The notes beneath the pieces were generated by a model. That model worked only from the letters and a program-made list of their open reading frames with translations. It was not told the DNA's origin and searched no databases. Shown here in pieces: positions 22,704 through 34,700 of a DNA stretch of 64,000 nt. Source of the DNA: Macrostomum hystrix (Eukaryota; Animalia; Platyhelminthes); the NCBI GenBank assembly GCA_950097015.1, contig CATNEN010000032.1, forward strand, positions 310,001 through 374,000, in the 5' to 3' direction. A program made the translations under genes and the position numbers. Numbering within the stretch: the stretch's first letter is position 1; the number at the start of each line of letters is the position of its first letter.

Positions 22704-25547
22704 CTATACAGACAATAGTAACTGACGCAAAGCGTGAAAAAGATAGTGACAGTTTAAAAACTGGGCCTCAGCTAACTGCAGCAGCTGAAGCAGCAGAGAT
22801 CGCTTGTTTAACTGATCAACGGCGTTTAAAATCCGGCGACACTCGTTCACAGCCTGCGAAATGTCTGGAAAAAGGTTATGGAAGCATTGGCACAGCCTTA
22901 CCGAAATGAAGATTGCTTAATTGATGCACAAAAATGCGACTAATCTAAAGCGACACACTCACCTAGTCGGCCATTAGCGTTTAGTCTCACGCAATGCGTC
23001 AGTCCGAGAAGACAATGCCAGTCAGGCCTAGACAGTGTCATTGGGATCCGACATCGAATTGCAACGACAGACTCGAACAGACTCAAATCAGCGCCAGGGC
23101 GCAACCGACTAGCATTCTGGCTAGCGTGGCTAGCAACGGCTTCGGTGAATCGCGCGCCGCAGTAGACCCTAGCTTCGCTTAATATGCGAGAAAGGCTGGC
23201 TAAATCATCGGCTAGGAATGCGGCAAGAGAGGATTTCAGGCAGGCTTTGTAGCGAGCTATTTGGCTGTGAAAGGCCGGATCTAGAATGAGCCGAAATCTG
23301 TTTACATCGGAGGCGATCGGGCAGCGTTCAAGCTCAACGATGAGGCAATGAAAAACTTTGTCGATGAAAGCTAAAGCTTTCACCTCGAAGCCATTGTTGA
23401 CTAGTTCTAAGCGCTGAATTGCCATATACCAGCAGGCGCGCTCCAGACCAGAGTTGACAGCTAGAAGTTTGTCGATGAAGCCAAGACTGCGGCCGCACAC
23501 GCTAATAATTTTGAGTAAGTCGACACTGAAACGACTATCCGTTTTAGTTAAAAAATGACTTGACGCCGAATCTGACGGTACATAATTGTGAACTAGTTCG
23601 GCTACGGCATCGACTAAACCACGCTGCTCCAACGCGTAAGCGGCCGGGCAGTCGTTCGGATCGAGCCGATGCAGCATAACTTCGTCGATAATTTCTGGCG
23701 AAATCGGCCACATTGAAGATGGACCTTCTACGTCTAGAACGGCGTCAGTTTTCAGGCGCGCGTTAAAAAGTTTCTCAAAGTCAGCTAAGTACATTGACAA
23801 TGGACTACGGCAAATGCAGCCCAGGTGAGCAGACAAGATAAGGCTCTGATCTAGCTGCAAACTGGTGCGACCGCTCATTGCCCGCTGAATGAAGCAGAGA
23901 TTCGGAGGTCGACTAGGCCCATCTGGGCAGGCCTGCAGAAGCAGCGCCGGTCCGTGGCTCAGCACCAGACGCAGAGTGGCACCAACTTGCTCATTAGACA
24001 AGCCAGCAAGAGCTGACCGACAGGCAGGCCAGGCGTCAATGAAACATTCGGCCGGCAGCTGGGCTGCGTGAATTAGACGTCGAAAGGCGAGGAAAACATC
24101 GCCAGATACTGCGGCAATGTCGCGCTGGTAGGCTAAGTCAAATTCAAAGCCAAGTACGCAATCTATGTCGCGCAGAACGCTGTCTGAAGACCGAATGCCG
24201 CCACTACGGCGAGTGTTAAAACGCTCCGTTACGACGAACTGCTCAACAGCTAGGCTCAATGCCAGCCTAGACGTCAGAGCGGCCGCCTTGACAGTATAAC
24301 TTCGCTGTCGTCGCCTCAGACGCATCAACAGATCAGAGCAGCTGTCAGCATCCGCAGACGAGAGTCGCAACAATCTACCAAAGTAGGCGTGGTCAGTGCA
24401 GCGGCTGCAATCACGCAGGGCGCCAATCAAGCTTTGAAAAATATTCCAAGACTTGACGGCCAATAATGGCACTAGCAGAGAAAAGCCATTCTCTAAGCAT
24501 GAGTTAAGGACCTCCTCGCTCTTATCAGCCGGCTCCGATGGCCAGGCGTCTAATAGTCGACGAAATTCTACTAAGGCCGCATCTAAACTGTTCCCGTCGG
24601 ACGCGGAAGCGAATCGCTTCAAGCAATCAAGCATTGAATGCCAGTGCGGAGAGCTGCGACTGACTACTGACGCCGGGTATCTGGAGAAACACCAATGACG
24701 TCACAAAAGATTTGGGTTTTAAGATTCTGCCTATTTTTATTCGAAAATAACTTTTTACTAACTGCATAATTAGTAAAATGTTATTAGTCAAAACAGGGAC
24801 TTGAATATTAAGGATAATACTAATAATAATATTTGAAGGAGGGCCACAGGCAATTGCAAAACATTCGGTGACATTAGACACGCAGCCAGCGAGGAGGCAA
24901 TAATGCCCATTCCGCAGAGCACACAGGGCACAGATACTATGCACAGGCACACACTCACTTTCTCAGCGTCACTTTGAGTACACATTAAGTTTTGATAAGG
25001 ATTCAGAAATCTAGACAATTGAGATTTGAGTAGATCAGAATCTAGAAAAGTTTGGATCAAGATAGAAATAAGAAGATTGGGAACAAAGGTTTATATAATC
25101 AGGATCTAGCAGATAGAGACAATCGAATGCTCTAAAACACTTAAGTAATGCACAAAAAAAGATAGGGTCTATATTTTTTATCTACCGAAAAAGTAGCTGC
25201 CTGAGCGAGCCAAAGCAGCCTATGGACTTTTTGTGGCTGTGCTTTTCACTGGCATTTTCAAGCTGACTCAGCACAGTTGGGAGCAGGTGCCCCTGCGTTG
25301 GCGGACTTGGCGAACCAATCTTGGTAGTGATGGCATCGGCCTCCGCCCAGTCCAGGCTGCCATCTAACGACTCTTCGGCGTCGCAGATTAAGACGTCGAT
25401 GTCATTTTCGTCTGGAGAGGCCGGGCTGGCACCACTGGACTGTGGCTGTGAATTCACTTGCTGGCCAAAGCAAAACTTAGCTCTCTTAGAACACAGATCA
25501 GGCCCGCAGTCTCCCTTTGTTCTATCCTCATCTCCGCTTATTGACGC
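22704..25547 (-). CDS. Uncharacterised protein (acidic disordered N-part + ~620-aa helical region), ~746 codons, no ATG in its first identifiable exon
   Basis: Exons 25547-25186 (donor uncertain), 24680-22963, 22864-22704; phases consistent; phase-0 acceptor tttcag|GCG at 25549/25547. Confidence 0.7.
24815..24975 (-). mobile_element. SINE family 1, copy G (3' part only, intronic)
   Basis: Minus strand reads ...ctgagaaagtgagtgtgtgcctgtg...gggcattattGCCTCCTCGCTGGCtgcg...tattattatt. Confidence 0.8.
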
Positions 25548-25565
25548 CTGAAATACAGATGGAGA

Positions 25566-25902
25566 TAACAACAATGGATGAGTAGCTTAACTGGCTAACA
25601 ATGGGACACCAAACTGCACACTGAATGAGTAGCTTAACTGGCTAACAATGGGACACCGAACTGCACACTGAATGAGTAGCTTAACTGGCTAACAATGGGA
25701 CACCGAACTGCACACTGAATGAGTAGCTTAACTGGCTAACAATGGGACACCGAACTGCACACTGAATGAGTAGCTTAACTGGCTAACAATGGGACACCGA
25801 ACTGCACACTGAATGAGTAGCTTAACTGGCTAACAATGGGACACCGAACTGCACACTGAATGAGTAGCTTAACTGGCTAACAATGGGACACCGAACTGCA
25901 CC
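25566..25902. repeat. 47-bp minisatellite (atgagtagcttaactggctaacaatgggacaccgaactgcacactga), ~7 units
   Basis: Direct periodicity. Confidence 0.95.
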
Positions 25903-26218
25903 TAGTTAGTTTGATTTTAATAAAAAAGTATTAAAAATAGAACAATTCTTTCACAAGAAATCTAGCTCACTGAATGCCTGGTTGGCAGATAAAGTTTCGT
26001 AAATTTTTGGTGCAAGTAAAACAGGCATGCAATGAACCAACCGTGCAAACAGAAATCATAACAAGATTAACAAGAAATATTCACAGTGTTTGATACTGTT
26101 AGTTTGACAGGTAAAATTAACTTAGAACAGTAGAAAGACCACGGAGTTCGGGTATTTGAAATAGCGTGGTTTTTCTACTGTTAAATCATTGCCGTGATAT
26201 GCAAATTTGCGAGCTCTG

Positions 26219-29200
26219 TCAACCGGCATTGACAATTCTATGTAGATTTGGATCGAAAATCGACCATCGACTGCATTCCAAATCAAAATATGCCAATTCC
26301 CCGTCCAACAGCATAGCGTCTAGCTCAGCTTGCAGGTTGGCATCCGGATCAACTAGTTCGCTTTGATAGGCCGCTTCTAGTTCTTCGGGAGTCGGCTCGG
26401 GCTGAGCAGCAGGCGGCATCATCTGGGTCATTGCTGACGACGGCAAAGACGGAGGCGGCTGATTAAATGCCATAGGGAAGGCTTCTGGGTTCTGGTGCTG
26501 CTGATACTGCTGCTGCTGAGAACTATACAATTGAGCATAGTAACAAGCCCACTGGTGAGCAGAATAAGGGCCGTATTGAGGCAGATAGGATGCGTAAGCC
26601 TGCTGATAATAGGTATAGGCCGGGTCGCTAGGCAACGGCGGCACATCCATGCTGCCTGAGAAATGCGACGGCGGCGGAGGCGCACCACCTGGATCGGAGC
26701 TATAGTAGCCAGGCGACGGGCCGGCTGCCGTTGCGGGATTGTCCGGCCGTTTAGGAGCAGCCAGAGAGACCCTAATTGGCTTGCGACCCAAGTGAGGATA
26801 ATTCTGCATCTCGGTCATGGCTCGTTTGTGATCCTTCTCGTCGGTAAACCGGACAAAGCCGTAGCCGCGGCTGCGACCATTGTCTAGAACCACCTGTGCA
26901 TGTTATTGATGCGTTAATTAGGTGATTAGGTAAGGAGGTTGTAGCCTAGTGGTTAGAGCGTCGGACTCACGACTTGACGGTCGGGGGTTCGATTCCTGAC
27001 TGCACTGGAACAATGTGTCCTTTAGCAAGACACTTAACTCTGCATTGCTTCAGTTCACCCAGCTGTCAAATGGGTACCAGCATTAGCTGGGGTAATTGAG
27101 GATGGGTGTGGCGTCCCCCCAGTCCATGGACTGAACAGCCGTATGCAGCCTTCAGATGCGCCGCGCTGTAGGTGCGGCAGCGCTGTCGGACGCACATCTG
27201 GCCCGATCGGGGCAGGTGAAATCAATTAATTATATTATTATTACATTAATTAGGTGAGCTGCGATCTAATAAGGGGCTTGTCATTTGCCTGAGCTGTCAA
27301 TCAATAAGGACTCTCATCTGACTGAGCTGTCAATCAATAAGGACTCGTCATCTGACTGAGCTGTCAATCAATAACTGGACTCTCATCTGACTGAGCTGTC
27401 AATCAATGAGGACTCGTCATCCGACTGAGCTGTCAATCAATGAGGACTCGTCATCTGACTGAGCTGTCAATCAATAAGGACTCTCATCTGACTGAGCTGT
27501 CAATCAATAAGGACTCTCATCTGACTGAGCTGTCAATCAATGAGGACTCGTCATCCGACTGAGCTGTCAATCAATGAGGACTCGTCATCTGACTGAGCTG
27601 TCAATCAATAAGGACTCTCATCTGACTGAGCTGTCAATCAATGAGGACTCGTCATCCGACTGAGCTGTCAATCAATGAGGACTCGTCATCCGACTGAGCT
27701 GTCAATCAATGAGGACTCGTCATCCGACTGAGCTGTCAATCAATGAGGACTCGTCATCTGACTGAGCTGTCAATCAATAAGGACTCTCATCTGACTGAGC
27801 TGTCAATCAATGAGGACTCGTCATCTGACTGAGCTGTCAATCAATAAGGACTCTCATCTGACTGAGCTGTCAATCAATGAGGACTCGTCATCCGACTGAG
27901 CTGTCAATCAATGAGGACTCGTCATCTGACTAAGCCGTTATCCAATGAGGGATGTAATTTGACTTCACAACCATTTTGTACATAGCAGGCGTACCTTAGC
28001 AGACCTACAAGACGGATAGCGTTTGAAAGCATTGTACAGAGCCAAATCATCCACATCTTCGCTGAGCTCGCCGACAAACATAGAGTATTCTTGCACATTG
28101 AGATGCTCCTTGCCGTAGCTAGCGTGATTTAGTTTGAATCGCCTTGGCGGACTCGAACCCGGGATCTCCTTGCCATTGAGTTTTAACATGGCATTGCGTC
28201 CGTCTTCAATATTGTTGAATTCGACAAAACAATAGCCCATTAGCTGCATGGTGACTTTGTTCCGAATGATCTTAACAGAGACCACATTCTCGCCCATGCT
28301 GGTGAATGCCTGCTTTATAAAATCCTCAGTCATGTAGTGGTCCAGCTAGATTAAAGATTAAAAGAGGGAAAAACTCCATGTTGCTTTTGTATTTTGACTT
28401 TCAATTACTGCAATGTGTTTTAAAATGCTTTGTGTGCATGTAACTACATTGTAAATTAAACCCTTGAAGCAAATATAATTAATTATGCAATAACTTATGT
28501 GGATAGAATGGTGGTAGCAAGAAAATGTTTGAGAAGTGATACATTACATTTGTTGAACATAAACAACTAATTGTTGGCACTTAATTCAATTTTTTTTCAT
28601 AACACAGTCTTCTTCCACCCCACATTTGCATGCTGTCATACAATCACTTTAGTGAGTTGCTAATTATTATTTTTTACATATAATATATTATTAGAGTAGT
28701 TTCTGAGAATAAAACTATAGTGTAAATACTAGCTGCAATAGCTAGTCCTAATCTTATTAACATCTAGAATAAGATGTGTAAGCCTGCTGATAATAGGCTT
28801 ATGCCAATTCTTAGTCCAAAATATGACCATGCCTAGTTACACTTTTAAACCCCACATTTCCAACAGGGCAATTTTATTACTACTTTTGCAAAGTTTAATG
28901 ACTGGAAAGGAAATTCTCATGTGTCTAACAGACTAACACTATAATGCTTATTCACCATTTTAAGCCTTACATATTGCAATCTGGCATATAAGTGACTTAA
29001 TTCTTCACAGCACAGAATGTTCTAGCCAATTTATTTTAGGAAAATAAAAGTTGCATATGTCAAAAAATGCCCACTCCATGGGTGATCCTTTTGTTATATT
29101 AATTTGGAGCAATTGTTTATAGCATGGTAAATATTGTTATTGATCAGTGTACTGCTGAGAAGTCATCTGGTCCTTCTAATTTGTGGCCGTTTTCATGGGG

Positions 29201-31361
29201 CTATTTTTATGAGCACTGAGGCTAATACATGTATATTGGCATATAATTGGCATTGGCAAATTAGGTATATTTAGGAATGAAAATAGAAGTAACAAGCTTA
29301 AAAACGATAATACTAAGCAGTATTACCCTTTACAAAATTTCTAGAGAAAAAAAAATGCACAGAAAAGAAGACTACTTAATATAAATACTATGATCAACAC
29401 AGATTTCTACCCTTGAATTTTTATAAACCTTAGAGAAAAGCTCTTTGTTTTTTGAGGTTAGGTAGACATATTTTTTTGTGCATGAAATTTCAAGAATTTT
29501 TTAGGGTCCAGTGTGATCATGATTGTAAAATTAATGTTTCATGTTCATTTTAACAGAATTTAGTAAAAGCAATATTTTTGCTCAGGCAAACAGCCCATTT
29601 GGCCTATATTAAATATTAAATACACTTTTATCAGTTGTACAATAATCACTTGTACTTATGATTATAAAACTGTTGACTTTTGAACTTATAAATTCTTTTT
29701 ATTTTCATTAGGTTTAAAAATATATGAATTAAAAGTTACTATGTATATTATATAGCAATTTCAGTGAACTAATAATTTTAGAACATAAGCAGTAAAACAT
29801 AAAAAATATATATTAAATTACTTGTGCTTTAAAGCAAGAATTCAAGCATTATTTTAATGTATTTTAGGTTAAAAAGTTTTCTTAGTTGTATATAATTGCT
29901 TTCAAAGATTTCCTTGTGTCATTACTTTTTTGTTAGAGTTCAGGGTTGAAATATTTTTAACAAGTTTTTTCATGCTAAAATTAGTAATAAACTAATACTA
30001 ATAAGATATATATATATATATATAGTTAATTCACAGTGTAGCAAAATCTATCAATCAATAAATCACAAATCACTAACAAGTTCTTAGAAATCAAATTTGT
30101 GAAATAAAGGGACATAAAATTCATGAAATTTTGATCCTATTTGTGATCACATCCAAGATCTATTTTTGAGGGGCAGGAAAATTATAGATAATTTTCATAT
30201 TGAAAGTCATTGTTATTAGTCAGACTCATATTACTTTGTTGCATATGCACATAAGTAACTTTCTCTTTTGCACAAGTGTCCAAGTGACTTATTCCAAAGG
30301 GGCTGTACCTACAGAAACAGAAAGACAATAAAATATAGAGGTACTTATTCCCACGGTCCCGTGCAGATAATTTCAATTTTATCCACACAGATCCGTGCCA
30401 ATAATTTTCTGCTTATCCACACGGCAGCTTGTATGAATAGGTCTACTTTCAAGTCCCTACCTATTCTTCTCTGAGCATAAGGCTTTTGCTTCAGAGTATA
30501 GGGTATAGTGTACACTATCAATGCATAATGTAAAATAATAATAATGATGTGTGATAATGTGTGACGAGTTTGGTGCTGACTAGAATTCTGCTGGTTGACT
30601 CGTATGATTTTCTTTGATAGACTTCTTACTTTTTAAGTCAATACAATTCGAATGAAAACATGTAACGATGACAAAAGATGTAGTAAGTTGTTATTACAAT
30701 AATTAAAAAGGATGACATTAATGTCGGTTAATGAATGTGTAGGTTGAAATGTAGCACACATTCGTAACACACTGGCAACTTTGTCGATCTATTGGCTCGA
30801 GGGTTCAACAAAATGTTCAAACCTGAAATGGCTTCATTTCAAAAAAACAGAACCGTGTGGATAAAATTGAAATTAACAGCATGGCATATTTATATAAAGA
30901 GTTTTAGACCTATTCATACAAGCAGCCATGTGGATAAGCAGAAAATTATCAGCACGGATCCCTGTGGATAAAATTGAAATTATTGGCACAGGACCGTGGG
31001 AATAAGCTCTGCCATAAAATATTGCTATAGGCCTATCCCTAAAACAAATTTAACAATAGACTGAACTATAGTTCACAATGTAAATCTTCTTTACAGGAAC
31101 TTGTAATGAAGAAATAAATTGTTTTGTGATATTCTATATAATATATATCTTAGCCTAGGCTATTGTTGGCCCAATATAGTTATGGATAGCCTATGTCCTA
31201 ACCTGCCTTAAAAGACCTTGCATTAGGGGCCTAATTAATTTAATAATAGAAATCTATACAATGATACTTTAATGACGATGTACAAGATACTATTTCTGTA
31301 AGTTTGTTAGAATACTTACATCACCCATCCATATGGTATGCGAAAAGTTTTGTTTAGACAT
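26219..31361 (-). CDS. TRNAU1AP: tRNA selenocysteine 1-associated protein 1 (SECp43), 2 RRMs + Tyr/Gln-rich and acidic C-terminus, 355 aa, 3 exons
   Basis: Exons 31361-31320 ([14 protein letters not shown]), 28345-27995, 26893-26219; all phase 0. [73 protein letters not shown] and the C-terminal LECSRW closely follow human TRNAU1AP. Confidence 0.95.
26934..27243 (+). mobile_element. SINE family 2, copy 2 (best preserved; in TRNAU1AP intron 2)
   Basis: tRNA head; centre GTGTCCTTTAGCAAGACACTTAAC...CTGTCAAATGGG; CAGTCCATGGACTG palindrome; 12-bp duplication TTAATTAGGTGA. Confidence 0.9.
27290..27932. repeat. 34-bp minisatellite (gactgagctgtcaatcaatgaggactcgtcatcy), ~19 units, TRNAU1AP intron 2
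   Basis: Direct periodicity. Confidence 0.95.
30338..31009. mobile_element. Putative MITE with ~100-bp TIRs (30344-30445 / 30905-31006) in TRNAU1AP intron 1
   Basis: cttattcccacggtcc...ttatccac...gcttgtatgaataggtcta is the reverse complement of the right-hand block; internal TTATCCAC repeats. Confidence 0.7.
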
Positions 31362-32701
31362 GGGATTTCAGCTCTGACTCTCTAATGCCCTGTGGCACGA
31401 AGGCTTAGCTTTTTGTAATGTAGCTGAGTATAAGATTAAAATAAATAGTTAACGTCTAAATTCTTTTTGCCGTGTCGGAGGAAAATTATATAAATCTTAT
31501 GCACATATAACAGAATGTATATAATTGCATTGTTTAGTTGCGTGTTCAGCCGTTTTAATCTGCGAAAAAGCTTAGGTACGTACAAAATTTGGTAGTTTAA
31601 TAGGAATTTTGTTAGTTTAAAACTTTTTGACATTTATTCTTAGAACGTGGAAGAAAAAACAAATGGAGAGTAAAATATGTTGTTTGACTAGTTAGTTCAA
31701 GCCATTTTTGCATGAAAAAAGGTAAGCAAAAATATGACTAAATTTATGATTGACTCAACCTTCAAGGACTAACAGAATTATTCTTTCGTAATAAGTTTAA
31801 TTGTACTTATCGAGAATGCAACGTCCCATTCCCTCCTGGTACATGACCTTGAGTTTCGGTCTAATGTTTACTTATTTTAAGACAGCTCCCATTTAACTGG
31901 AGAAATTACGACGCCTTACAATCTTCCGACCGACGCAATCGTAATCCAATAGTTATATCAATTCAATAAAGTTTAATTTTAGATGCAGGGGGCTAGTGTC
32001 TGCTTATATTTAGTAATCAACAGTTAATCTCAGTCGCGACCGAGCTCGTCTCTGGGACGTAAAATTACATTTACACTGTACCCTGTATTGTAATTGAAGT
32101 AGAACTTAGTGTGTCTCTAAGTTTTAGTTAACTTTTAATTGTTTAAGAGCCACTTCTTCTTATGAAGATCATTTAACACCGTAGGATGTTTGTAAGGTTG
32201 TGCCGAATGGACGACTCTCGCATCCTCGCTGTATCCGAGAACCACCCTACAGCTATAGGGAAGTCAAAGACGGTGTTTTCTAAGTTATTTAAACCAATTA
32301 CACGTACCCTAATATTGCTACATTTGTATATTTGATAAGCAATATATTTTGCGAAAGTTAGACTCGTTTTATTGATTAAAAATGAGCTACGCTAATAGCG
32401 TTTCTATGGTTAGTGCGCTTACATTTGCCATATTCTAATTAAATAATTGACATTATCAATTTTCTAAAGGGTATGAATATTGTTCCGAGAATACAATTTT
32501 GCCAGAACTGTCAATCGTGAGCGCGAAAATGTTAAATAACATTGAAATCAAATGAAGGCAAATGATGCAAAATAAAAAGGCGATGTAGAAACATATTGTA
32601 CAGAAAGCTCCCTTTGTTCTTTATCTGTGGATAAAAAAGACGTAAAATTATAGCTACCACAGTACATCTGTGCATTCGTACAGAAAGAATGAGTTCCAGT
32701 G

Positions 32702-33627
32702 TCACGCGGATCTCGACCTAACAATGGTTATAGTATGGAGTAGCGATGATTGCCCATGAGACAATTCTGAATCATTTCGCTTTACTCGAACATTGGCATT
32801 TGGAATCGTTTTATGCGACGTGGTCAGCTTTCGTTTCGTCGGATGTCCTTCAGCTGTCAGCGGTTCGTCGTTTTTCGTCGCTGAGTTTGTCGAGCTTGGC
32901 GGATGAGACAGCGGCTCGGCGCCTGTTTGAGATTGACGTGGCGATGAGGCTGTGGCTGCAAACAGAGAAGTTATTAGCTGAAGTCCATATGAGTTAAAGT
33001 ACAAGCTTGTGGTCCTAAAATAATCTGACTTGCTCCCCAGCAGGTCCGGCAGTTGCTTAAAATCAACCCCACCTGGTCCCACAGTAGTTAGACCTCCACC
33101 CCAGCTGGTCCCACAGTAGTTAGACCTCCACCCCAGCTGGTCCGGCAGTAGCTTTGTCACGCATCCTAGTTACTCCTAGCTCGTACAGTAGGTTGACCTT
33201 CGTCTCCAATTTTCTTACCTGGTCCAGCTGGTCGAGATATGCAAAGTTTCTTGCGCAGATACCGAACTTCCAACTGAAGCAGTCGATTCTCCTGTTTTGG
33301 ACAAAATTATTATTCTAATTAGCCTACTTCGAGTAATAGTAGCAGTGGCTCATGTAATTTCGCTTATCTTGTTTATCAAACCTGTGTTAGATCAGCAATC
33401 ATTTGCTCCATGGCGGCGTCGTTAAGTCGACGTTTCTCTCGACTGCGTCTGGCCGCCTCGTTGTTCCTCAGCCGTCTGGCGAGGTACTTCGCCTTGTCTA
33501 CTTCGTCGACAGTCGATTCGCCGACATCTCCCACTTCGACATCGATGTCCTCGGTTGAATCGGAGCCGATTGCACTGGGCCTTTGTGCGGCCATTTTTCT
33601 GCAAACCGGTTTTACACTATTGGGCAT
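32702..33627 (-). CDS. NFIL3: NFIL3/E4BP4/vrille-like bZIP transcription factor, ~190 aa, 3 coding exons
   Basis: Exons 33627-33382, 33291-33219, 32955-32702. Basic region KYLARRLRNNEAARRSREKRRLND plus zipper MEQMIADLTQENRLLQLEVRYL; RSREKRRLND is typical of NFIL3/vrille. Confidence 0.75.
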
Positions 33628-33679
33628 TTTAATATGTAAGAAAACCGACTACTAGTTAGTAATTATTAATTACTCATAA

Positions 33680-34700
33680 ATCTGTGTGAATGAGATTTTG
33701 CGAATGCGAGTGTGTGAATGAGGGTGTGTGAATGAGAGTTTGTGAATGAGATTTTGTGAATGAGAGTGTGTGAATGAGATTTTGTGAATGAGAGTGTGTG
33801 AATGAGATTTTGTGAATGAGAGTGTGTGAATGAGGGTGTGTGAATGAGGGTGTGTGAATGAGAGTTTGTGAATGAGAGTGTGTGAATGAGATTTTGTGAA
33901 TGAGAGTGTGTAAATGAGGGTGTGTGAATGAGGGTGTGTGAATGAGATTTTGTGAATGAGATTTTGTGAATGAGAGTGTGTGAATGAGGGTGTGTGAATG
34001 AGAGTGTGTGAATAAGAGTGTGTGAATGAGATTTTTTTAATGAGAGTGTGTGAATGAGAGTGTGATAATGAGAGTGTGAGAATGAGATTTTGTGAATGAG
34101 ATTTTGTGAATGAGGGTATGTGAATGAGTGTGTGAATGAGAGTGTGTGAATGAGAGTGTGAATGAGAGTGTGTGAATGAGAGTGTGTGAATGAGGGTGTG
34201 TGAATGAGAGTGTGTGAATAAGAGTGTGTGAATGAGATTTTGTGAATGAGAGTGTGTGAATGAGAGTGTGTGAATGAGAGTGTGTGAATGAGAGTGTGTG
34301 AATGAGAGTGTGTGAATGAGAGTGTGATAATGAGAGTGTGAGAATGAGATTTTGTGAATGAGATTTTGTGAACGAGGGTATGTGAATGAGTGTGTGAATG
34401 AGAGTGTGTGAATGAGAGTGTGTGAATGAGGGTGTGTGAATGAGAGTGTGTGAATAAGAGTGTGTGAATGAGATTTTGTGAATGAGAGTGTGTGAATGAG
34501 AGTGTGTGAATGAGAGTGTGTGAATGAGGGTGTGTGAATGAGAGTGTGTGAATGAGAGTGTGTGAATGAGATTATGTGAATGAGGGTGTGTGAATGAGAT
34601 TTTGTGAATGAGGGTGTGTGAATGAGATTTTGTGAATGAGGGTGTGTGAATGAGAGTGTGTCAATGAGATTTTGTGAATGAGGGTGTGTGAATGAGATAC
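33680..34700. repeat. 14-bp minisatellite (tgtgaatgagagtg)
   Basis: Direct periodicity. Confidence 0.95.

Noticed and set aside
25566-25902. CRISPR-like appearance of regularly spaced 30-47-bp repeats
   Set aside because: Units are head-to-tail with no unique spacers, there are no cas genes, and the context is eukaryotic.
26934-27010. tRNA genes at the SINE heads (also 20988, 1995, 13056, 15821, 45090)
   Set aside because: A/B boxes are present but the acceptor and anticodon stems do not close, and each continues into a shared SINE body and tail.
25566-27932. Hammerhead-like fragments in the 47-bp (CTGAATGAG-stem) and 34-bp (TGACGAGTCC on minus) arrays
   Set aside because: The core has an extra base or lacks C3, and there is no correctly placed GAAA.
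30375-30975. Multiple TTATCCACA (bacterial DnaA-box consensus)
   Set aside because: They are subrepeats of MITE TIRs inside a eukaryotic intron; nothing else suggests bacterial origin.
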